Assembly (NCBI RefSeq): GCF_009914755.1
Contig: NC_060928.1
Reading direction: 5' to 3' (one strand)
Source: the human T2T-CHM13v2.0 reference genome, Homo sapiens
DNA: 64,000 nucleotides
Shown: positions 54,462-64,000 of the stretch, piece by piece
How the letters are laid out: each line of letters begins with the position of its first letter
Numbering within the stretch: the stretch's first letter is position 1
Position numbers and translations under genes: made by a program
The notes under the pieces: generated by a model
Told to the model about the DNA's origin: nothing
What the model saw: the letters and a program-made list of their open reading frames with translations, nothing else
Database searches by the model: none

Positions 54462-55445
54462 TGCAACAGAGATGATGCGGAAGCCCTTTGGGCTCGTCAT
54501 TGGGTTTGCTAGAGGAGAGCTCTGATGTGGGGGAGAAGCAGAAACCCATTAATCCTGAGCTACACAAACACATTTACTTGCAATTCAGATTAATTTTTTT
54601 CCAGAGTCATTTTTAAATCATTTTTGTGAGAAGTTTGTGTTATTTGCAACTTGTTGAGGAAACAGAAGAGTAGATTGTAACCATAAGACACTGCTAAGAC
54701 TAGAACCCGAACTGAACACTAAAATAAAAATGAAATGTTTTAAAGAAGGCAAGGCTTAAATAAGCCTCATGAATTTTTATAGCCCTCTGCATTCTTCCCA
54801 AAGCACAAACTCATGGTTACCTGAATATAGGGAACCAGATATGGTTCTTGAGAAACCCTCATGGTACCATTCACAGCCCATAAAGTTTATTTTCTAGGAC
54901 TGTGGTAGATCTTGAAATCATATTTATATTTGGCCCTCAAGGCTATTTTTGTTGCATTATAGCATATAGGCAGCAGCTCTGAAGCTTCAGTAACACTAAG
55001 AAATTTATGTGTAAATATAGCAGTCAGGGAAGAGAATTTTAAAAAAGGTCATTATTGAAGAAGCTGAGGGGACAGGGTAGAGCTGCTGCAATATGGAGAT
55101 TTAGGGTAATATGGCAAGGTCCTGCTGCTTGAAGCCTGTGAGTGGGTTGTGGATATGGGACTGGTGGAGAGTGAGACTGTTAGGAAAGTTGTATCTATGA
55201 ATAAGGGCAGTTGAAGTAGAATTTTTACCAGTCCACTTGACCTTCTTCTTCCCTAACCACTGGCTCTTGAGCCAGCTTGGGATTTCCCTGGCCATTGCCA
55301 ATACCTGGCCATCTGGCTTCCAATAGTACAGTGGCTACTCAAGTTCAAGCGAAGAACTTCCAGACTCTGGTGACTGTTACTTCCCAGAGCCAACCACTAG
55401 TGCATATGTTAGGGAATCTGGGCTTCCAACATGAATGGATTCCTT

Positions 55446-55515
55446 AAGAAAAAGGAAAAAAAAAAAAAAAAGAAAAAAAGAAAAAAAAAAGAAAAAAGAA
55501 AAAAAGAGAAAAAAG
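55446..55515 (+). repeat. 70-nt pure purine A-rich tract in the JADE1L 3' UTR
   Basis: Only A and G; A-runs up to 16 separated by G. Confidence 0.95.
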
Positions 55516-56668
55516 CGAAATAGGTTATATTTTAAAAACAATAGAAAGGCAATAAGTTGCGATAAGCTCTTACTATTGACCAAGGTTATACAGGAAAGAG
55601 ACTGAAGTGTACCCTTGAATAGGTTTTCTGTAGTCAGAGTTCTAAACTCTAATTTGTAACTTGGACTTTCTAATTGCAAATGGCAATAACTATTAAGTTA
55701 TCAGCAATAATAAATTTAGCATTAAATTTGAGTACAATGTTTTGTTTTTGCACTCCCCATAGTGCGTATGTATTAAGACAGTGGATAGTGTTTAGGTCCT
55801 GTTAATTTTCTTTGGAATTCAATGTGGTTGTGAATCAAACTTAAGGAAGGAACGTTTAAATAGCAATGAGATACAGAATTATGGGCCTTTGGAACAAGCC
55901 CGACTTCCCCTAAATTCTCCTTAGTTTGTTAATACCAGTATTCAGATTCCTGATTCATTTATACATCTGTTTCCATATGGCAGGGACATTATGATACTTA
56001 ATGAATAATGCTTTGAGGAGTTCTGCAGTTAACTTTCAAGTCTTCCAGATGATTGTCAACAACAAAAAAGGCTTATTGAATCCCATCTTGCTATGCAAGT
56101 TTTATCAGATGATCAAATAGTAGATCTGATACATCCCCATTGTATGTACGACATTTTCAAACCAAGTCTTAACTTTTCAAGGACATTTTAGTAGCTAATT
56201 CAGGGGAGGGGGAAGAATGATGCAGGTTTTTAGATTGACTGACTATTTTTGAGTTATGGGGCTCATTTTGAAAGACTGCTGTCCAGATCAGCTTGTTGCT
56301 GCAGATAATAGAAGGTTCTTATGAATCCAAGTTGTATATTCACTTGTAGGATAATTTAAAAATTAGATTTTTTTTGCATATGAGCAAAAACCTTTTGCTG
56401 GATACAGGAGAAGGTTGGACTTTATCTACAGTTATCTTTTGATTACAGCAACAGCTCTGGGTGAGAGTAGAATTTATAGAGGGATAATTTGTCAAGCCAT
56501 AGAAAGAAAATCTAAATTAATCTAGTAAGTGTATGACCTCTCACCATTTTAAGAGGTATCAGATTCATTTGCACTATTAGGAATGCTAGTTTTGTGCAAA
56601 AATAATGCCTTACCTGTTTTTTCCCCACATTTAGGTTGAAAAGCTTTCAAATGTTCCAAGTTATGCTG

Positions 56669-56750
56669 AACCAAAAAAAACAAAACAAAAACAAAACAAA
56701 AAATATTAAAAAAAACCCACACAAAAACAAAACACACAAAAATAAAAAGC
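56669..56750 (+). repeat. A/C-rich low-complexity tract, (CAAAA)n-like, in the 3' UTR
   Basis: Seen directly. Confidence 0.9.
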
Positions 56751-57396
56751 CCACACTTTTTATTCCTGCTTCGAAATGCAAATGGATAGAGCACGGTTTC
56801 TCTGACAGTATAATGATAGCTTTGTGAGTTAGTTTCATGTCATGCTGGGAACTCTCTATGAGGTGGCCATAAGCAGCAACCAGCCCAAACACCCACTTGC
56901 GTTCTATTAGTATGGAACCATTTGCATTTGTTTTTTTTAAGCTTTATCTTTCCTTGTGCATCCTGACCAAGAAATATCTTTGATTATGATTAATGTATTA
57001 TGTCAAAATGTAGGCTAGTTAAACTTTTGTAAAGTTGCCTGGAATGTCATTTGTTAGGTTATAAACACAAGATCTAAATGAAGGGTTTTATGTGTTGTGT
57101 ACAAATCTTATTTTGAAATGGACAAACTTGTCATTACATTTGTAACCTTGTACAGAGGATTTTTCACTATGTGCCTAGCTTGGTGTCCATTCAGCTAAAA
57201 TTGAAAAAAAAAAAAAGGTGCATGAAGAGTTAAAAATCAAATTAAAGTATATGTAGAGATGACTATTTTATATTACATGACCCAATCCTGTATTTATTTC
57301 TACCCCCTTTTTGAAAGTATTTATAAAACTAGTTGAGGACAGCTGTATTTTTTTGTTGAACTATTTAGTAGAATTGTGCCTTTTTGTCTGTATGTG

Positions 57397-57402
57397 AATA
57401 AA
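57397..57402 (+). terminator. Distal poly(A) signal of JADE1L
   Basis: AATAAA with upstream TGTA/U-rich elements and downstream gtgtctttt. Confidence 0.8.
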
Positions 57403-57739
57403 TGCTGTACATTTTGCAATACATTTTAAGTGTCTTTTGAAATCTGCTTTTGCTAAATATTTAAAGGTATATATGACTTAGCAGTCCTGAATCAGTTGTT
57501 TACTGTCTTCCACTTTAAATCAGGAATGAGAACTGTAGAGAACATATCAAATTTGTGCAGAGCACAGATTCACTGGGCTGCTTTCTGGCTCAACTCTGAT
57601 GGCGAGACTGAAAAATAACGGTTTGAGTTTAGTCTTCCCCACCTGGAGTTCTTTCCAGAATACAGTTTTGGATCTGAAAACAGAATCGTTGAAACAACGT
57701 AGACTTCAGGGTCAGAGAGAACTGTATTTAAAGGCTAAA

Positions 57740-57930
57740 CTATAGTTTACCAGGCACATGACATTGGCCAAGTCACTTAACCGTTTTAAGCCTCAGTTTT
57801 CCCAGAAAGAGGATAACATCTTAGTAACTTAGATATTGAAGTAGTTGTGATTATTTAAAGCAAGTCCATTGAGCACCTTACAGAGAGCATATATTAGGCA
57901 TTTAGTAAGTGGTAGGCTATTATTTTTATT
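57740..57930 (+). mobile_element. MIR fragment
   Basis: gtgacattggccaagtcacttaacc-like core followed by gcctcagttttc. Confidence 0.65.
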
Positions 57931-59369
57931 AGGAACAAGACACTGATGTTTACAATATTTTAACTAATGAGCTTTCTGAGGTGAAAAAATATTCCTGAAT
58001 GATGGGACGGTTGTATTTTTAATACAACCTTTAAATAATTTTTAAAAATAATTTTTCAAAGAGCAGTTTCATTAAATGCTTTCTTTTGATCACAGAACTC
58101 TGGGACAGTAGGGCAAAAAAATATTATCTGCATTATACACCTTAAGACTTGGCCAAGATCACAGCAGTAGGTACTGGCAGAACTGGGCCTACACTCTCAT
58201 TCTCATTTCTGAAAAGATTGTTTCCTGCCTGAAACAATCTTTTGTACATCCACTACATGCAGAAATTAGCATATAGTGAAATGCACCTTTTTCTTTATGT
58301 TGGGAACAGCAAAACTGGTGTGAATTATGCATTCTCATGTAGATTATAATGATTAGGATCCAAAACAGGGTAGCTATCTTAATCTAATTTATAATTTTTG
58401 TAAGGATTTGGCCAGTTTAAAAGAAAAAACAATTATTCGTACATTTTGCTAAAAGCTTCTCATTTCTCCTTAGTGACTATTTACTTCCATATTGCTTGCT
58501 CTGAGTAAGACCCCTGAGAGAAACAACTGATTCTTCCTACAAGGTCTTAAAGTTGAATAACCACAATAGTTCCCTAGGGAAATTAAGTCCCCAGGAGCCA
58601 AAGGAAGGGCCTATCATTGGCAGCTGTGCAATCTGTGATGGGAAATGTCACACCAGGGACTCACGTTCATGTTTTCACCCAAATCACTGAAAAAACAGTT
58701 TCTACCTTTGAAGCATTAGCCATCTGCAACAAACTTCACAATTAACTTCAAGGTTGAAATCTTCAATATGATTTCCCTTTAATGCTCAGAACTCCATTAG
58801 ATGATGTGTTCTAGTCTGAGGTAGGCTTTGATTGTCTGGTCATTGAAAAAGAGGATAAAGGCAAATCCAATGGTATCTACTTCCTTCACTTCAACTGTTC
58901 CCTGTACTACTTACTCAGTTTGGTATTTCTGCAATCCAGCTTTTCTGGAGTGTGAAGAGATTGCTTATTGGGCATCCCCTCTTGGATGTATACAGGTACT
59001 TGAGATTTTGGAACTCTTTCTATATCCTGTTTTAGAGAATGTCCTCCTAGACTGAAACCTGGGAGTCCTTTATGAATTCTTCAACTCTCACAGCCAAATA
59101 GTGATCAAGGCCTGTGTATTACATTTAATATTGCCTTAATATTTTTTGCTTCGATCCCACCACCATTTGCTATATAATTCAGGTCTCTTCATTTTTTGCC
59201 TGGATTACTGGTTTCCTTAACACAAGTCTTGCTGAAATTAATCTCTCCAGCATTTGGCTGAAGCCTTGCCAATGGTATCTCCATAGTGATGACTTCTGAA
59301 ATAAAAGCTGATTTTGTCATTCCACATAGCCTTTGGGGGAACCTCCTGACTTCTGTAGATAATTACAAA

Positions 59370-59570
59370 GGTTTATCAAGTGGCAGGCACTGGTATGTAT
59401 TATGTTAATTAGTTTAATCCTTATAACGTGAAGTAGGCACTATTATCTCCAATTTACAGATGAGGAAACTGAGGCACAGAGAAATTAAGTAATTTGCTCA
59501 AGGTCAGTAGGGGTAGATCTGGGATTCAATCCCAGCCTGTCTGGGATTGAGACCCGTAGGCTGTACTGCC
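59370..59570 (-). mobile_element. MIR
   Basis: attatctccaatttacagatgaggaaactgaggcacagagaaattaagtaatttgctcaaggtca. Confidence 0.9.
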
Positions 59571-59598
59571 TCTCAGAATATAAAAATAGTTCACACAT

Positions 59599-59892
59599 GG
59601 CCGGGTGCAGTGGCTCACGCCTGTAATCCCAGCACTTTGGGAGGTGGAGGTGGGCAGATCACGAGGTCAGTAGTTCGAGACCAGCCTGACCAATATAGTG
59701 AAACCCTGTATCTACTAAAACTACAAAAAATTAGCCAGGCGTGGTGGCACACGCCTGTAATCCTAGCTACTCAGGAGGCTGAGGCAAGAGAACTGCTTGA
59801 ACCTGGGAAGTGGAGGTTGCAGTGAGCTGAGATTGTGCCACTGCCCTCCAGCCTGGGTGACAGAGTGAGACTCGGTCTCAAAAAAAAAAAAA
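59599..59892 (+). mobile_element. Alu (AluSg-like)
   Basis: Full dimer; TSD agttcacaca. Confidence 0.95.
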
Positions 59893-61185
59893 GTTCACAC
59901 AAAGTAGTTAGCATATTTAGGACTACACGTGTAAACTTCAGTTAAATGAATTGGTAAATTTATTGGTAAAGCCAATAAACTTGGTTAAAACATGTTAATG
60001 CACTGGTTAAAAGACTTTGAGTATAACCTAATAGATAATGAGCAGGATAGTCTGCTTACAGTCAATTAGTTCCAGCCTTATTCTAGGGAGAATGGAATTA
60101 ATTGTCACATGCATATTTATGTAACACACATACATACAAACATATTTACAGATCAAATATATGTATATGTAATCAAAGAAAACAACACTGCTATCAAAGA
60201 ATAAAAAGAATAACTGAACTCTACATCCTAACTGCTTGGAAAGTTAGTTACAGAAATACTTAAAATCACATAGTTTCTTGATGTTGAGAACTAATATCTT
60301 AACACTAAATTAAAGCTACGTAAAACCTCCAAGTCGGCATTTTTGTGATATGAAGTATAATAAATCCAGTTATTTTTACAAATGAATAAGCAATGCAGAA
60401 TTAAGTAGCAAAGATAAAAATAATGTGTATTGTCATTCCTAATGTATCGCCAATGTGTCCTGATATTCTCACTACTACTTGGCTTATATATGGCCGAGTT
60501 TTACAAATTACATTTATAATTATGGGTTAATGTGATTATTTTACTCACTAATCTGGGGTGATTGATAGTTCTAACTTCAGGATTATGACCAGTGTAAAAC
60601 AATTTCTTTATGAAGCAAATCTTTTTCTTTGGTGTTTCCCTTCCCATGCAACAGTTTCAAAGAGAGCTTTTCTCCTTTTTCCCACCAACTTTGGCTCTAA
60701 TTCAGTTCCATCCTTGGAGCTTCTCTTTTTTATATCAAAAGCTTGTGATGGTATCTTTGCCTCAACTAGTCTCAAGTACTCTAAGTAAATACCTTTCAAA
60801 CTCCATACTTTAAAATATCACACTCTGAAAGGAAATTATGCATTATATCACTTTACAATAACTAAACACAATTTAACATTTTTTTGGTCGATTAAAATTG
60901 GTGAAATTGTCATCACTCATTGAAGAAATCTGGAAACTTTCAAAAGAGGTATTAAGCTAATTATTATAACTTCCTTTGCTTAGATCTATTTTTTTCTACT
61001 ACTTTACTTACATTTAGCTTGTGGCCAATTTCTTTTCTAGGTCTGGAAAATTTACCAAATCCCACTAGATACGAAGATACTTTGTTCTAGCAAGTTTTTA
61101 GGGCTATATACATAATCTGAAAACCAAAAGAGCTTTTCGGGTAGTGCCAGTCAGAAAGGGAATTAAAACAAAAAGAGGCTCACTC

Positions 61186-61336
61186 GGGAGGGGGGAGGGA
61201 TAGCATCAGGAGATATAACTAATGTAAATGACGAGTTAATGGGTGCAGCACACCAACACGGCACATGTATACATATGTGACAAACCTGCACATTGTGCAC
61301 ATGTACCCTAGAACTTAAAGTATTAAAAAAAAAAAA
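61186..61336 (+). mobile_element. Severely 5'-truncated primate L1 (L1PA) 3' end
   Basis: ggggggagggatagcat...gggtgcagcacaccaac...gtaccctagaacttaaagtat plus A-tail; flanking gctcac repeat. Confidence 0.92.
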
Positions 61337-61699
61337 GCTCACAGCTCAGACTTGTTTTAAGGTTGATGAATGAAAAAGTGGAAGTAGAATTTTTTGAAAC
61401 CTATTTGGCATCTATATGTTCAATCAAGAACGCTGATCCTTGAACTGCAAGGACAGAGTGGACACTGGTAAGATGATGAGGGTCACTTGAAGTCTAGAAT
61501 GTGTGAAGCATTTACATGAGAGCATCTAGATGTTTACAGTGAGTTCAAGCCTCCTGACCCAGATGAATTACATCCCATGACACTTGGAGAACCTATAAAG
61601 GTTACTTTTGAATCACTGTCAGCAAATGGGAGAGGTGTCAAAATTATAAATTCCTCAAACTCTAAAGATACAATGTTGCACAATAGTACAATTCTGGTG

Positions 61700-61900
61700 T
61701 TGACCAGATCTGGTCCAGCTGTGCCACCTGCCAGCTATGTGACCCCGAGCAAATGATTTAACTTTTACTATACCTCATATCTTTGGAAAGGAAATAACAC
61801 CTACCTAGAAGGGCTGTCGAACTATATGAGGTAATAAATGCAAAATGTTAGCATGATGCACAGCACATGACAGATGCTCCACAAACAGACATTATTAATA
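61700..61900 (+). mobile_element. MIR fragment
   Basis: agctatgtgaccccgagcaaatgatttaac...ataacacctacct. Confidence 0.6.
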
Positions 61901-62149
61901 CACATAAGCATGTTACCATAATCCAGAGAAACTCTCCACTGGATTGTTTTAGTTATTTGAAGAAATATGCTTATAACTTCTCTTATTCTCTTTTATCCCA
62001 TAGAGTAGTTTAAATGAAAGGAGATCTAGTCTCACTTTTAATCTTCCTAGATGTAAATATTAAAGATTTCCTTATATTTTATATTATGCTCTGATAACTT
62101 TTTCATTCACTGAAAAAAGGACTGTGCTGCCATAGAATGAAAACATTGA

Positions 62150-62950
62150 ACGAAAACTTCCATAATGCCTTATCAAAGGAATTAAAGAGTTTTAACAAAC
62201 ATAAAAGGAACATGCTGTGATTACTAGGATGCCACATGGATTTACTAAGAAGGCTAACTTACTTTTCATTTTGGACAGGATTACTAGATTACATCTGGAA
62301 AATATGACTAGTATGGCATAAATGAATTTTTGCTTGGCAGAAGGCTGGATTTTTCTTGATGTTGTTATGCTAGTGTACAAGTAGCAGTATGGGCCAGATT
62401 AAAAACGGGTTGAATTACCACATCTGACATGTGCTGATCAGTTTTATCCATTAAGGGAGTTGGTGCTTGGTATGCTCTAAGACTGTCTATATTTCAATCT
62501 GTCTGGTCCTCTTCTTTTTTTCAATGGTTCGAATGAAAATATGGGTAGCATGTTTATCTGATGTGTGGCTAGCATTCATTGTAAATCAAAAATTGCCTGT
62601 GGTGCAATAAATATGGCAGTAAATAAAGACAGACATGGCCCCTATCATACCTTTAGAGCTATCAAATGAGGTAACAGAATTAGGAGCTAAAATGACCTCA
62701 GCAGGTTATAATAATGTAATTAAATTTAATAGGGATAAATAACTAGTCCTGCATTTGGGCAAAGATCTGGCTTAGAAACAAAACCTTTGAAAAAGACTTA
62801 GGATTTTAGTTGATAACACGCTCAATATCTGTCCAACAGTGTGATTCAACTTTCCCTCCAAAAAAGCTAACATAATTTTAAGCTGCATTAATGGAAGTGT
62901 AAACTATAGAATAGTAATTCACATTTTTTCCTCATCCTAAACCCTGAAAA
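62150..62950 (+). mobile_element. CR1/L3 LINE fragments (a further piece at about 61540-61640)
   Basis: aaatttaatagggataaat..agtcctgcatttggg...gaaaaagacttaggattttagttga...aaaaaagctaac...gctgcattaat. Confidence 0.65.
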
Positions 62951-64000
62951 ATATTATATATGTACATTTCAATGAATCACTAACTACAGTGACCCTCGAA
63001 GCATGATTTCCTAAGAAAGTATGTTTCGCAATCTTCTTGGGGTGGGGAAAAGAGAAAGGGTACATAGTTTGAAGCCGTATCTATTCTCTGGAGATCTAAT
63101 AAGTTGTCTGCTTACACATAGGCAAGTATCACACATGGGGGGCACCTATGAGAACGTGGGGCACATGTGAGTGTTTTGTGGTGAATTCTTGAGCTAGAGG
63201 GTACCAGTGTTGTAAAAAATTTCTTTTCAGATGCCTTTCTGTCCTATGACTTTTATTATCTAAGCATATTTTTCTTCGTTATATAAATATTATTAACATT
63301 GTCCCCAAAGCCATATATTTTTCTAAGGTTTAAGGGATGGTAAGGGACAGGTTTTTATCTGTAACTTCAGGGTACTGCAATCTCTCTGTCTACATGTTGT
63401 TTATGTGTATGTATGTATGTTTTAGGTAAACTAGACAAACTTAATTATTTTTGATAAAAATTTTTGCAAAAAAGCTCATTACAAATTTATTTTGAAAAAA
63501 ATGATAAAAGACATTATGGTTAAAGAACAGCATTTATAGTAAAATGTTTAAAGTGTTTTTTCACTCTTTCTTGATTTGAGAGTTGGTTTGGCAAGACTGT
63601 GTAACTATGAAATATTTAATATTTGCAGACTTAATGAGTGACTGAATTGTTGCTAATGTTTTCCAATGTTTGGGGTGGTTATAATTCTCACACCAGAGAA
63701 GAAATTAGAAGATTGTTGCCTGCCCTAGTTTGCATATTTGTATACAAAGGGAAGAAGAGGTAATCATATCTCCTTTCTTCTTCAGGGAGAAACAATAAAG
63801 AAACATGAATAAATAAAATGAACTAGCTGTGTTGTCCTCAATTGCAGATCTATATCATTTCTTACCTCTCTTTCCTACTCATTTCTCCTGTATAGTAAAA
63901 TACAGTTCACAGAATGATACTATTTGTATCATTTATAAGTGAAGACTGACCTGTATGAGAAGTGTTAAAAACTCCACTACATTTTTACATTGGAAATTAT

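Larger units (their letters stand above)
54462..57420 (+). other. JADE1: 3' UTR of JADE1L (about 3 kb; 3' end approximate)
   Basis: AU-rich, no recognisable transposon, ends after AATAAA 57397-57402; other AATAAA at 54723, 55709, 56741. Confidence 0.8.

Noticed and set aside
57430-64000. Coding exons of a downstream gene
   Set aside because: AT-rich sequence with MIR, L1, CR1 and Alu relics; no convincing ORF on either strand

Overview
Human (primate) genomic DNA, Alu-rich, with no prokaryotic features. The window holds the whole coding region of JADE1 (PHF17), the PZP-domain scaffold of the HBO1/KAT7 acetyltransferase complex, on the + strand. It starts inside intron 1; no promoter CpG island or first exon is visible. 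Ten coding exons with canonical GT-AG ends join by hand into a 2529-nt ORF (842 aa, long isoform JADE1L). Reading through the weak donor at 44425 to a stop at 44449-44451 and an intronic poly(A) signal at 46104 gives the 509-aa short isoform (JADE1S). The rest is intron, 3' UTR and 3' flank: about 29 Alu/FLAM elements, LTRs, Tigger/hAT DNA transposon relics and MIR/L1/L2/CR1 fragments. Almost all ORF-track entries outside the exons are repeat-derived noise. No new system can be proven from sequence alone. The best leads are: (1) a near-perfect CTCF motif overlapping a U1-type 5' splice site about 230 nt upstream of the short-isoform poly(A) signal; (2) a candidate TDP-43/RBFOX-controlled poison exon next to a 455-bp UG-rich array with 12 TGCATG and 11 GTRAGT motifs; (3) a candidate alternative N-terminal exon with a nested in-frame 27-nt microexon at 22.8 kb; (4) a recursive-splice-type junction at coding exon 7; (5) several template-switch scars inside Alus, two of them matching unique DNA about 1.1 kb upstream. 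Repeat boundaries and subfamily names were assigned by eye and are approximate.
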